NCBI GenBank assembly: GCA_964409875.1
Contig: CAYPEN010000001.1
Span: 356,275-420,274 of the forward strand
Direction of reading: 5' to 3'
DNA from: an uncultured Gammaproteobacteria bacterium
Lineage (GTDB): Bacteria > Patescibacteriota > Microgenomatia > Levybacterales > GWA1-39-11
DNA length: 64,000 nucleotides
The notes beneath the pieces were generated by a model. It had not been told where the DNA came from, did not search any database, and worked only from the letters and a program-made list of their open reading frames with translations. The position numbers were made by a program, and so were the translations under genes. Of the stretch, positions 1 through 15,000 are shown in pieces. Position 1 is the first letter of the stretch, and the number at the start of each line of letters is the position of its first letter.

Positions 1-3000
1 GCAACTGACGGAACGATAACCGCCACAGGAGACATCAATGCAAATTCGGGAGTTTTGGCAACAACTCAAAGTTCAGCTTCCTTATTTAATACTAATGCAA
101 CAACTCTTACTATCGGTGGTGCTGCAACAACGCTTACCCTTGGCGCATCAACAGGCACCGCTACCATAAATAACACGACCGTTGTAGCACCAAACTCACA
201 ATTTGGTATCGGGACTGCTTCTCCAATTTCAGCATTATATGTAACCCGCCCACTGACTCTTGGCTCAACAGGGAAGGCGCTTGCGATATTTGACCAAATA
301 GAGAACCAGGATATTTTGACAGCATCCGCTTCAGGTGTCACGAAATTCACCGTTTCAAATACAGGAAACGTTACAGCCGCGGGGAATTTGGACATTACAG
401 GAACCTCCCAATTAACAGGTAACGTCACAACTTCAGGCGACCTTGCTGTTAATGGTGGAGACATTACAACGACCAATGCGACAGCTACCTTATTTAATAC
501 GAATGCCACCAACCTGTCCATTGGGGGTGCTGCAACTACCGTTTCACTTGGAGCAGGAACAGGAACAACAACCGTCAATAATAACCTGAGCGTATCCGGC
601 ACAACCACCTCAACCGGGCTTATTACAGCAAATGGTGGACTTACGGTTGCCTCCAACCAAACATTGACTGCAAACGGTTCAGTTGCAATTGACCCGAATG
701 GAGCAAATGACATTACTATTACGACTGACTTCTCTGCCGGTTCGTACCTTACTATTACCGGTCTTGATACCCAGACTGGAAATACCCTCTGCGTTGACGG
801 GTCTAATAATGTAGTCAAATGTTCTGCCGCTTCAACGACGTTGCAGTCGGCATACAATGGCGGTAACACTATAACCACTTCAGACAACAGGGATATCGCA
901 TTTACACTGTCAGACACAACTACCGACAGCAACTTTACCGTAACAACTGCCGATAACTCAACAAGTTACAGCGCATTTACAAGAGCTAACGGTGCCGGCA
1001 CTTCCGATCCATCGCAGCTCATACTGGTTGATAACCTTGATACTGACCGTGCAATTGCAGCAGGTATTAAAATTCAGGCAGCTGCTGGTGGCATCACCAA
1101 TGCACTTGATGTTTCAGATCCTGAGATTGTTAATGCGCTCTCCTTTGGCCTAAATGACATCATCGGTACACACGTAACAATAACCGGTAGTAACGGTAAC
1201 ATCGCAACCGATGGTACTGTCAATGCAACCGGGGATATTACAACCGGTGGGGACTTGGCAGTAAACGGCGCAACATCCGCTGACGTTACAACCACAACCA
1301 CCACCGCGACGGTATTTAACACAAATGCTACGACACTTAACATAGGTGGTGCGGCAACGACCTTAACGCTTGGTGCATCCACTGGAACTGCAACCATCGC
1401 AAATGGAACGGTTACATTCTCAAATGCAACGGCTTTTGACGCGCTTACCGCTTTGGCAAGAGTTGACTCACTTCAAGTCGGCGGAGGGTATGGTTCAACT
1501 GGGGTAACTGTTTCAAACACTGGTAACATTCAAGCAAACGGAACGTTAACTGTAGACGGACTTTCGACGCTTACAGGCGGAGTGACATCGCCTGGCAACA
1601 TTACGACGACCGGAACCGGAGCAATAACATCTGCCGGAACGCTTACCGCCTCAAACGGTTTGACTCTTACAACCGGTGCATTAAGCCTGACAGCAACCTC
1701 CGGTTCGCTCAGTCTTTCGGGTCTTGGAGCATCATCTCTCAATTTTGGGGCGAATGATGTCACCTTCACATCAGCCAACTTCAATACCACGTCAACCGGT
1801 ATCAACGGGACGGCAATTGGAGCAACTACCCCCTCGACTGGTAACTTTACCAATTTGACGACCACATCAAACGCATCGTTCTCCGGCAACTTGACGCTTG
1901 CAGGCGCCCCCCGCTCTATCCAGACGACGGAAAACAATACCCTAACTCTTGGTGGGAATACAACCGGCAATATTAATCTTTCGCCTCTTAACGGAGTAGG
2001 CATAGTAACTGTCAATGGAAATACCGTAGTATCTGGTTCTAATACTCTTACAGTCGGAACAGGCCTTACTACCCTTGGAGGAGCATTGAATGTGGCGGGG
2101 ACATCAACGTTTACAGGCAATATTTCCCAAACGGGGGCAACAACCTTCTCAACCGGGACAGGGAACGTTTCGTTAAATGGCAACACTTCGGTTACCGGCT
2201 CTAACACATTCACCGTCGGAACAGGGCTTACCACACTTGGTGGAAACCTGTTGGCGCAAGGGACAGCTTCTATTTCAGGCGACTTAACATTGTACTCGAT
2301 ACCTACGATTCAATCGGCTGCAAACCAATCACTTACTCTTGGGGGGAACACAACCGGGACAATTAATCTTAATGACAACACAAATGTACTGGGGAGCAAT
2401 ACCTTTACTGTCGGGACTGGAGCAACAACTCTAGGCGGAACTCTTGATGTTGCAGGTGTTGCAACGTTTACAAATAACATCTCCCAGACGGGGACAGCAA
2501 CATTCTCTACAGGAACGGGTAATGTTTCGTTAAATGGCAATACATCCGTAACCGGAACCAACACATTCACCGTCGGAACAGGTCTTACCACTCTTGGCGG
2601 AAACCTGTTGGCACAAGGGACAGCCTCTGTCTCCGGCGGACTTACACTTTACACAATTCCAACTCTGCAATCGACCGCTAACCAGACACTTACCCTGGGT
2701 GGGAACACAACAGGAGATATATCATTTAAACCGGGGAACAATACTTCAACCCTTTATCTCTCATCAGCAGGTAAAGTTGGCATAGGCACATCAAATCCTC
2801 TCTATACCCTTGATGTCATAAACGGAACTGCTAATACTGGTACCGGTGGATATGGAGCAAATCCAGGCAGCTTCTCTATTACAGGTCCCGATTTGGCAGT
2901 TGGAGCGGCAGGTGGTAATATGGTCTTTACAACAAACAGTAACTTTGCTGCTGATGCAGGAGGGTCTATTGCGCTAGGAGGCCGATATATCTCAGCATCA

Positions 3001-6000
3001 TCAAACGACACTATTTTTGCAAAAATTAAGGGAGCTAAAGAAAACTCTTCAAGCAACAATAGAAATGGATATCTCTCCTTTGCAACCTATAATCACAATG
3101 CTGATTTGATGATAGAAAGAGTAAGAATAGATTCTAATGGGAATGTTGGTATTGGTACAACATCACCATTGGCAACGCTTGACGTGGCTGGTTCGGCTAC
3201 CATATCTGGTGCTTTGACCTTGAATTCCGTCGCGTCAATTCAAACTACCAATAACCAATCTCTGACACTTGGTGGCAATACGACCGGAAATATTTATCTC
3301 AATAATAATACTCAGGTTTTAGGCTCGAATACCTTCACTCTCGGTGCCTCCGCTGCCCTTATCGATTATGGCACTGCTGACTTTAGGAATTCATCAGGTT
3401 TGACGGTCGGGGAAGATTTGGCTACAAACACTCCCGGCCAAATAAAATTCATTGGGGCCGGTGCGAACAACTTCTCAACGACATTTGTTGCAGGGACCCA
3501 AACCCAAAATGTAACCTACACCCTTCCTCCGGATGATGGAAATAGCAATTATGTTCTCGTTACTGATGGGAGCGGAGGTCTCTCATGGCAGTCATCCTCT
3601 GGAATTGGGGCTGGAACAATTACTGCCGTTGGAAATGTTCTTTCAGGAACGGCATTTACCGGCTCTGATTCTTCAGCTAACAAAGGTAACCAACTCGTCT
3701 TTGAGGGTTCTACGACCGTTGATGATGCAAATGACATTACGCTTACCGCAGTTAACCCCGTCTCATCTGTTACCTATACGCTTCCCGATATTGGCACTAA
3801 CAGCGATATTGCTCTTTTGGCTGGAACCCAGACATTCACGGGGGCAAAGACTTTCTCTAATGGAATCAATGTTTCAGGCGGGAACGCAACGATTTCTGGT
3901 ACCCTTACTTTCTATGGAGGTCCCCAGTCAATCCAAACCACAAACGCAAGCTCACTGACATTGGGCGGGGATACTACTGGAGACATTTTCCTCCGACCTC
4001 GAAATAGTACCGGTCTTGTGCATATCGTTCACGGAAACAATGGTAACGGAGGTTTGATTTTGACTGACTCTGAAACCGATGCAACAAATAAGACCGCAAG
4101 GATTAAGTCCACAGCTTACAATAGTGCCTCATCACTTCCCGTTACCATGATGTTGGCGGCAAATTCAAATACCAAAAATCAACTTCAAATAGGAGGGGGT
4201 TCGGGCTCTGAATATGCTACGACTGAAATTCTATTCAGAACTGCAACGAATCTGACGACAACTGCGGGTACCATTAGATTGTATGTAGGTGGAACAGACG
4301 GATATGTTGGCGTAGGAGACAACAATATTACGCCTGTTGCGCCATTAGATGTTCTCAATAGCGGATCGAGTGGAAATGGTGAGAAATTGGCGCTTCGAAG
4401 AAGCGGCGCCGGGGATGTTGGTCTTTCATTCCAACAAAATGGAGTTTCAGCTTTCGGAATTGTTAATAAGAGTGGTGCCGGTAACGGCCTTGCATTCATT
4501 GATAACTACTGGGAAGGGGACACAGGAGTGGAGGTTGCCAGGTTCTATGCTTCTTCCGGTGTCGGAATTGGAACGAATGGAAGTTTACCGTTGGGGACAT
4601 TGGATGTAAGAGGAATATTCGCAAATTCCGGCACACAACCTGTAGCTTCACTATCTGGAACTACCACCTTTGCAGGTCTATTAGTTGATAATGCAGGTTT
4701 TGGCGATCTTTTGACCGCATCAACATCGGGGGCAACTAAATTTGTTGTATCAAATAACGGAAGCCTTACTGCATATGGCTCAATTACTTCGGGTCAGGAC
4801 AAGCCAAGCGGAACCAACAATGTCGGAGGACAGCTCAAGCTCTACTCTGAAGGCGACAACGCATATTCGACGGTATTTAAAACCCAAACCCAAACCCAGA
4901 ATGTCACTTACACACTTCCCGCTGATGACGGCTCTAACAATTACGTTCTGACAACTGACGGGACTGGTGCTCTGTCCTGGCAGTCAGCGTCAGGAGTCGG
5001 TGCAGGGACGATTACGGCTGTTGGAAACGTTATGACAGGAACAGCATTCACCGGTAATGACTCATCGGCTCAGAAAGGCAATAACTTAATCTTTGAAGGT
5101 TCCACAACAACGGATGATGCAAATGACATTACATTGACCGCAGTCAATCCTGCTGCGTCTCTTACATACACACTACCCGACCTTGGGACCAATGGAACTT
5201 TTGCGTTCCTTGAGGGATCACAGACTTTCACAGGGGCAAAGACGTTCTCTGACCTAACAATTTCCGACACAAATGTTTCCTTCTCCGGAGGAAATACTAC
5301 TCTTAATTTCGGAGCAAACAACGCAACAATTGACGCGTCCAATTTACTTACCACCGGGAATGCTTCTATTTCAGGCAACCTGACCCTTGCTGGCGGTGCG
5401 CGTTCCATTCAATCTACTGCCTTCAATACCCTAACTCTGGGCGGCAGTACGACGGGCAATATTCTTCTGAGGCCACAGAATGGTACAGGCTTCGTAGGCA
5501 TTAATGTCGCAAATCCTCAAAGCGAGTTAGATTTGAATGGGGTGCTTTCATTTAGAGACGTTTCCGGATTCACTTCAGATGTTGGGACCATTCAGTATGT
5601 TACGGGAGGAGTTGGAAACGGATACCTACGATTTACGGGGCAGGGAACAAACGGTACGTTGGCCGAATTTAGGGATTGTTGTAACTCGGTATTTTCTATA
5701 GGCACGACTGGAAATAGAAGTGGGTTTGGTTATGGATTGGATGTGGGTGGTCAGTTGAGGGGAGATACATCTATTGGTTTATATGCTGATAATACAAATG
5801 ACACCTATCCTTCCGTAGGGTTTACAGCTTCAGGGACTCTCGCATTTGGAGCAGGTGGAGCAAGTGCGACAGATACGACCATTTCACGCTTCGCAAAAGG
5901 TGATTTAAGAACAACCAATACAATATTGCAAGTTCAGGGTGGAAATACAGGCGGTCGGGCTGCTCTTATAGTTGATCAAAATGGTTCGACAACAAACGAC

Positions 6001-9000
6001 CTTATTACAGCCTCATCCTCAGGGGCGACAAAGTTTGAAGTTCTAAACGGAGGCGGCATCAGGATTGCTGCCGGTAACACAATTGACAATTTGACGTCTG
6101 GAACGCTTAGCATTGGAACCGTGAATGCTTCAACTTTGAATTTAGGCACCGCAACAACAGGAACGACGAATGTATACGGAGGAAATATAAATCTTAATGG
6201 GAATACCAATGTTGCATCCGGCAATACGTTTACAGTAGTTTCGGGTCAAGCTGTTATTACAGGTCAAAATTCTGGTGGTGCAACTACGTTAAGGGTTAAC
6301 AACCACACATCGGGTGGGTCAATTGCGGTATTCCAAAATGCGGCTGTTGATGTCTTCTCAATACTCAATGGCGGAAATGTTGCCGCGACGAAAGAGTTGA
6401 GTGTTTTGGGGAATGTAAGTGCAGGTACGACAACATCGCTCACATCTTTGTATGTTGACGGACAGAATTCAAAGGGTCGCGCGGCATTCATAGTCAACCA
6501 GACCGCATCATCATCAAATGACATTTTTGCCGCTTCCTCGTCTGGTACTACCAAGTTCCTGGTTGCCAATAATGGGGACACAACTATTTCTGGTACAACT
6601 AACCTCAACGGTGGAGCTACAGTTGCTTCGGGGCAGACCTTGTCTGTTCTTGGACCCGTGTCACTTGATCCTAACGGGGCAAACGACATAACGTTGACAA
6701 CCGATTACACAGCCGGCTCATACTTGAATGTTCCCGGACTTGATACCCAGGTTGGGACCCAGCTTTGTGTTGACGGGTCAAATAATGTCGTCAAATGTGC
6801 TGCAGGTTCGAATTCATTGCAAGCTGCATATAATGGAGGGAACACTATAACAACCTCAGATAACAGAGACATCGCATTTACCCTGACCGACACGGCAACC
6901 GACTCAAAGTTCACTATCACCAATCAAGGGACGGCAAATGCATTCGTCATCAATGACACGAATGGAGCCACGAACACACTTCTTGAGCTTCAGTCAGGTG
7001 GAGTCCAGAAATTAACAATTGATGAGTTAGGGAACATTACGACAGCTGGGGACGTTGCAGTCAATGGTGGAGATATAACTACAACGAACGCAACAGCAAC
7101 TGTGTTTAATACAAATGCAACAACTCTTCAAATCGGAGAAGCTGCGACTAACATTTCAATCGGAGCCTTGACCGGTTCAACAACTATTCACAACGCTGTC
7201 AATGCAAACGGACTTTTGACTGCAAACGCCGGTGCTATCGTTCCGAGCGGTCAAGCATTTGATGCCTCCGGTTCTGCGACGTTTGTTCCAAATGGAACAA
7301 ATTCTGTAACCATAGCAACTGATGCCGATTCATTCCTGAAATTGACTGGGCTTACCACCCCCGGTATATCAGGAAATGCTCTCTGTATTGATGCATCTAA
7401 CAATGTGACAAAGTGTTCTTCCTCAACCTTCACGCTGCAAGGAGCGTACAATGGAGGCAACACAATTAGCACTTCTGACAATAGGGATATTGCATTCACC
7501 CTCTCTAACACTACAACCGACAGTAACTTTAGTGTAACGACCGCTACCGACTCGACAGGCTACTCAGCCTTCACCCGAGCCGACGGAGCAGGGACTTCCG
7601 ATCCGTCCCAATTGGTGCTCATCCAAAATCTTGATACCAATAGAGCGCTTCCCGTGGGCCTTAAGATTGCCGGCGTAAGCGGTGGGAATGTTACAACAGC
7701 GCTAGATCTAACGGACAGTAATATCACGACAGCTATTGCATTGGGAACAAATAATGTGAACGGTACTAATTTCTCAATTACAGGGAGTTCGGGTAACATT
7801 ACAACATCCGGAGATATTGCAGTAAACGGCGGAGACCTTACAACCAGCCAGGCATCAGCTACCTTATTTGATACTAACGCGACAACCCTTAACCTTGGTG
7901 GAGCTGCTACAACCCTCAACCTTGGTGCTGCGACTGGAACGGCAACAATTGCAAACAACACGGTATCACTCTCAAATGCAACCGCATTCAATGCCCTTTC
8001 AGCCCTTGCAAAGGTAAGCTCTCTTGAAGTAGGTGGAGCGTATGGGTCAACAGGCGTGACCATTTCGAGTACAGGAGATATACAGGCAAATGGAACGCTC
8101 ACAATTGATGGAACCTCAACACTTACAGGTAATGTGACGGCAACAGGCGACATTGCGGTTAATGGAGGAGATATTACTTCAACATCAGGAACGGCAACGC
8201 TTTACAACTCCGGAGTATCAACTGTTAATATAGGAAGCGCAGCAACAACTGTAACGCTCGGCGCCGCAACAGGAACAACAACCGTTAACAACAATTTGGG
8301 CGTAACCGGGACCCTGACGTCAACCGGCCTTGCTCAATTTAACGGAAATGCACTCGTCCCTAACGACCGGTCGTTTGATGCGTCGGGGGCGGCCACTTTT
8401 GCACCAAATGCAACCAATGACGTTACATTTAATACAGACAGTGACTCAACTATTGTCTTGAATGGTCTTCAAACGGCAACAGGTACTACGCTTTGTGTCG
8501 ATGGATCGAACAACATTGTGAAGTGTTCTGCTGCTTCAATAACCCTTCAATCAGCCTACAACGGAGGGAACACTATCACAACCTCGGCCGGGCGCGATAT
8601 TGCCCTTACCCTTACCGATGCTAACTTCAGCGCTACAGCTTCAGCAGGTTCCAACGGGTTCTCACAATTTGCGCTTGCTAATGGTTCGAATGCAAATCCT
8701 GCAAACCAAATCGTTTTGGTTGAGAACCTCGATACTAACGAAGGGGTTACAACAGGAATTAAAGTACAAGCCTCTGCAGGTGGCATCACCAATGGAATCG
8801 ACCTCTCCGATCCTGAGCTTGTAAATGCGCTTGCCCTGGGTGCTAATGATGTTGTAGCTACAAACTTCTCAATAACCGGTTCGAATGGAAATATTGCGAC
8901 CAATGGTACTATTACTGCAACGGGCGACATTAATGTAAATTCCGGGACACTAGCTACAAATCAGACAACCGCAAATCTGTTCAACGCAACCGCTACGACT

Positions 9001-12000
9001 CTTAACATAGGTGGTGTTGCTACAACGCTTAACCTTGGGGCTTCTACCGGAACGGCGACTATCAATAACACAACCGTAAATCTTGCAAACGCGACAACCT
9101 TCACTGCAAATTCCGCAGCTGCTTCGTTTGATTCACTTACTGTTGGCGGCGGGTACGGGTCAACCGGGGTAACCGTTTCAAATACAGGCAACATTCAAGC
9201 TAATGGAACTTTGACAGTTGATGGTATCTCGACATTAACAGGTAATGTTACGACCTCAGGCACAATCAATGCTAACGGGGGAACAATTGCTACCAACCAA
9301 ACTACAGCCAACCTGTTCACAGCAAATGCCACCACTCTTAATATAGGAAGCGCGGCAACAACGGTGTCGCTCGGTGCTGGAAGCGGAACAACAACCGTCA
9401 ACAACGCTCTTACATCAACGGGTCTTATTACAGCAAATGGTGGACTCACTGTTTCATCGAGCCAAACTCTTACCGCCAATGGTCCTGTTTCAATTGATCC
9501 GAATTCTTCAAATGACATTGCGATAACAACAGATTTCTCAGCAGGTTCATACATCAATATCACAGGTCTTGACACGCAAAACGGAACAGCCCTTTGTATA
9601 GATGGCTCTAATAATGTTGTGAAATGTGCCAATGCTGCGGCAACATTGCAATCTGCTTACAACAATGGAAATACTATTCTTACTTCTGATTCAAAGGATA
9701 TAGCATTTACCTTATCCGACACTACAACTGACAGCAATTTCATGGTGATGACAGCTACAGGCTCAACAGGATACTCAGCGTTTACCCGGGCAGACGGAGC
9801 AGGAACCGCAGACCCTGCCCAATTAGTTTTGATTCAAAACCTTGACACAAACCGCGCCCAACCTATCGGTCTTAAAATCGCAGGTGTGTCAGGTGGAAAT
9901 ATCACTACTGCGCTTGATTTGTCGGACAGCAATATAACAACTGCGATAGCTTTGGGGACTAATAATATTTCCGCAACCCACTTCACGCTTACCGGCTCAA
10001 ATGGTAACATTGCAACTGATGGGACAATAACTGCAACAGGAGATATCACATCTACCGGCAATCTTGCTGCCAATGGCGGGACTCTTTCTACCACCAATTC
10101 GTCTGCCAATGTATTTAATGCCAATGCAACCACTCTAAATATAGGCGGCGCGGCTACAACGGTTTCACTGGGTGCCGGAAGCGGAACGACAACGGTTAAC
10201 AACAGTTTGACCGTTTCGGGTTCTGCTTTTGATGCCCTTTCAGCCCTTGCTAGAGTTGACTCTCTTCAGGTTGGTGGCGGATACGGCTCAACAGGTGTAA
10301 CAGTTTCTAACGCCGGTACTATCCAGGCAAACGGTAATTTAACCATTGACGGGACATCTACCCTCACGGGTAACGTTACTGCGACAGGAGATATCGCCCT
10401 TAACGGTGGTGACCTCACGACAACTTCAGGGACTGCGACCTTATTTAATGCCAATGCAACGACTTTGAATATCGGCGGCGCTGCAACGACTGTTTCGATT
10501 GGAGCAGGAACCGGTACAACGACGGTAAACAACAATCTGACCGTTGCCGGAAATGGGGTTTATGCAGGTACCTCTACATTCAATGGCGACGTCACGATAT
10601 CAAGTGACCGCTACTTTAATGCCTCGGGGTCTGCAATCTTTTCACCGGCTGGAACAGAGTCTGTAACGGTGAATACAGATGCAGACTCATTCCTGACGCT
10701 CAATGGGCTTACAACTCCCGGAGTTGCCGGAACAACACTTTGTATTGATGGGTCGAATAATGTTACGAAGTGTGCGGCAAGCACATTCTCGTTGCAAGGC
10801 GCATACAATGGCGGAAATACTATTAATACATCAGACAACAGGGATATTGCCTTCACGCTTTCCAACACCACAACGGACAGCAATTTCACGGTTACAACTG
10901 CCGACGGCTCAACAGGTTACTCGGTCTTCACCCGTGCAAACGGATCAGGCACGTCTGACCCAGCGCAACTCGTTCTCGTTGACAACCTTGACACAGACCG
11001 TCCGGTCGCAGCAGGAATTAAGGTGCAGGCTGCAGCGGGTGGTATAACCAACGGTATTGATTTGTCAGATGCAGAAATAGTGAATGCTTTGTCGCTTGGG
11101 GCAAATGACATCACATCAACCCACTTTACTCTAACGGGCAGCAACGGAAATATTGCAACTGATGGGACCATCACGGCGTCAGGGGACATTAACGCCAACT
11201 CCGGGACATTAGCAACGAATCAGACCACCGGTAACTTGTTCAACGCAACAGCAACGACTTTGAATATCGGTGGCGCTGCAACCACCGTATCTTTGGGAGC
11301 AGGTTCAGGCACGACAACCGTTAATAATTCGCTTACGGTCTCAGGAAGCGCGTTTGATGCGTTGTCTGCACTTGCCAGAGTTGACTCTCTTCAGGTTGGG
11401 GGCGGATATGGGTCAACAGGAGTAACTGTTTCAAATACCGGTAATATTCAGGCAAACGGAACGCTCACAATTGACGGCGTATCAACTTTGACCGGAAACA
11501 TCACAACTTCAGGGACAATCAACGCCAATGGAGGAACAATTGCCTCCACACAATCCTCATTTGATCTCTTTACATCAACCGTTACGACCCTTAACGCAGG
11601 AACAGCGGCTACCACCCTTAATTTGGGCGCGACAACAGGAACAGCCACTATTAACAATGCAACCGTTACCCTATCCAATGCAACCGCATTTAATGCCCTC
11701 ACTGCCCTTGCGAAAGTTGATTCACTGCAAGTCGGTGGCGGATATGGTTCGACAGGGCTCACCATCTCTAACGCCGGCAATATTCAGGCCAATGGAACAC
11801 TTACGGTTGATGGTACTTCAACGTTAACAGGAGATGTGACGGCCGCTGGAGACGTTGCAGTTAACGGTGGAGATATTACAACGACAGCTGCCTCTGCTAC
11901 CCTCTTCAACACTAACGCAACAACACTTGCTATTGGCGGCGCGGCAACCGGCTTGACGCTTGGCGCCTCAACCGGAACAACAACGGTCAACAACAATCTG

Positions 12001-15000
12001 GTGGTTGCAAAGACATCCACGTTCAATGGAGATGTCACAATTTCTGACAGTAGATATTTGAATGCTTCAGGCAGCGCAATATTCTCACCATCCGGAACAA
12101 ATTCGGTAACTGTTAATACAGATGCAGACTCGTTCTTGAAGGTTACGGGCCTTACAACCGCTTCGGGGACAGAGCTTTGTATTGATGGCTCCAACAATGT
12201 GGTGAAGTGTTCCGGAGTCTCAGTAAGTTTGCAAGGAGCGTACAATGGAGGCAACACTATAGTTACATCGGATAACAGGGATATTGCCTTTACCCTGTCA
12301 GATACCACAACCGACAGCAACTTTACGGTAACAACTGCAGCAGGTGGGTCCGGTTATAGCTATTTTGCACTGGCCGATGGTACTAACGCCACCCCACCTT
12401 CACAACTCTTGTTGGTTGAGAACTTAGACACAAATGAAGCGCTTCCAGTAGGCATAAAAATCCAGTCGGCTGCTGGAGGCATAACAACGGCTATTGACCT
12501 TTCCGACCCTGAAATTGTAACTGCACTCTCGCTTGGTGCAAACGATGTCGCCGCAACGAATTTCTCTGTAACAGGAAGCAATGGCAATATCACAACTGCA
12601 GGAGATATTGCAGTCAACGGTGCTGACATTACAACCTCATCAACCGGAACGGCAACTGTATTTAACACCAACGCTACGACTCTCAACATTGGCGGTGCGG
12701 CAACTACCTACACATTAGGTGCGACAAATGCAACCGGCAACATAAGAGGCACAACCATTAACTTCCCGAACGCAACCACACTTTCCGCTGCGGGAGCTGC
12801 CCTGACAATTGATTCGGTGAGTGTCGGCGGAGGATATGGCTCAACCGGTACTACGCTTTCAAATACCGGAGACATCCAGGCAAATGGAAATCTCACAATT
12901 GACGGCACGTCAACTCTGACAGGAAATGTGACAACTTCAGGCGACATTGCGGTAAATGGAGGAGACGTGACAACTACGGCCGCGTCAGCAACACTATTTA
13001 ATACCAACGCCACAACTCTTAATATCGGTGGGGCTGCGACTACGCTCAGCCTCGGAGCAGGAACAGGAACAACGACCGTTAACAACAATTTGAGTGTAAG
13101 TGGGACAACTACCTCGACAGGTCTTGTTACGGCTAACGGAGGATTGACAGTTTCTTCAGGCCAAACGCTTACCGCAAGCGGCCCTGTTTCAATTGACCCG
13201 AATGGAGCAAATGACATAACAGTAACGACCGATTTTGCAGCAGGCTCATACCTTATTGTTTCAGGACTTGATACTCAAGCCGGGACGAATGTTTGTATCG
13301 ATGGGTCTAACCACATAGTGAAATGCGCAAATGCAGCAGTCAGCCTACAGTCTGCGTATGAAGGTGGAAATACTATTGTCACTTCCGACAATAGGGATAT
13401 TTCATTCACGCTTTCTAACACCACAACCGACAGCAACTTCACCGTCACAACCGCAGCAGATTCAACAAGCTACAGTACATTTACAAGAGCAAATGGCGGG
13501 AGCGGTACAAATCCGTCTCAACTGGTTCTTATCCAAAATCTTGATTCAGGAAATGCGCTTCCTATTGGTCTTAAAATTGCAGGGGTTTCCGGAGGAAATG
13601 TAACCACTGCCCTCGATTTGTCAGATGCCAATATAACGACTGCTATTGCTTTGGGAGCCAACAGTATATCCGGAACCCATTTTACATTGACAGGTTCTAA
13701 CGGAAATATTGCAACAGACGGAACAATAACTGCAACAGGCAATATTAATGCAAATTCAGGAACTCTTGCAACGTCACAGACAACGGGCAATTTGTTCAAT
13801 ACAACCGCAACCACCCTCAATATCGGCGGTGCGGCAACTACTTATACCTTGGGTGCAACAACGGCTACCGGCAACATCAGAGGCACGACCATTAACTTCC
13901 CGAATGCCACAACCATTTCAGCAGGAAGCGCAGCTTTGACAATTGATTCACTTTCGGTAGGCGGAGGGTACGGTTCAACAGGCGTATCAATTGGTAATAC
14001 CGGCAATATTCAGGCAAACGGAGCACTCACAATTGACGGTACATCAACACTGACCGGAAACGTTACGGCCGGCGGAGACTTGGCCGTCAATGGCGCAACG
14101 AGTGCTGACATTACAACTACGACTACAACCGCAACCTTATTTAATACAAATGCAACAACCCTTAATATCGGAGGTGCTGCAACCACTCTCTCTCTTGGAG
14201 CAGGGACAGGTACGACTACGGTTAACAATGACCTTGCGGTTACAGGCACAACCACCGCAACCGGTCTTGCAACCTTCAATGGGGGCGCGACAGTTGCGAC
14301 AGGCCAAACATTTACGGCAAACGGAGCATCAACATTCTCGCCGGATTCGACGAATAGTGTTACGGTTAACACCGACGCCGATTCATTCCTTAAATTAACA
14401 GGGCTTACGACCCCCGGAACTGCCGGTTCTGTTCTTTGTGTTGATGCGTCCAACAACGTCACCAAATGTTCAGCAAATACTATCACGCTTCAGTCTGCTT
14501 ACAACGGCGGGAATACGATTAACACTTCCAATAACAGGGATATAGCGTTCACCCTCACAAACACCGCAACCGACAGTAATTTTGCTGTTACAACCGCGAC
14601 TGACTCAACAGGGTACAGTGCGTTCACCAGAGCTGATGGCGCCGGCATCAGTGACCCTGCTCAATTAGTTTTGATTAAGAATAATGATGTTGACCGCGCG
14701 CTTCCAGTAGGCCTTAAGATTGCAGGAGTTTCAGGAGGAGCTGTCACGACTGCAATTGACCTTTCGGATGCAAATATAACAACCGCCCTTTCCTTGGGTG
14801 CAGCTGATGTTACCGCAACCAATTACTCAATAACGGGAGCAACAGGAAATATTACAACATCGGGAGATATCGCAGTTAATGGAGGGGATATTACGACCAC
14901 TCAAGCAAGCGCCACATTGTTTAATACTAATGCGACAACACTTAATGTAGGCGGCGCAGCAACCACTCTTAATTTGGGTGCTGCAACCGGAACTGCAACA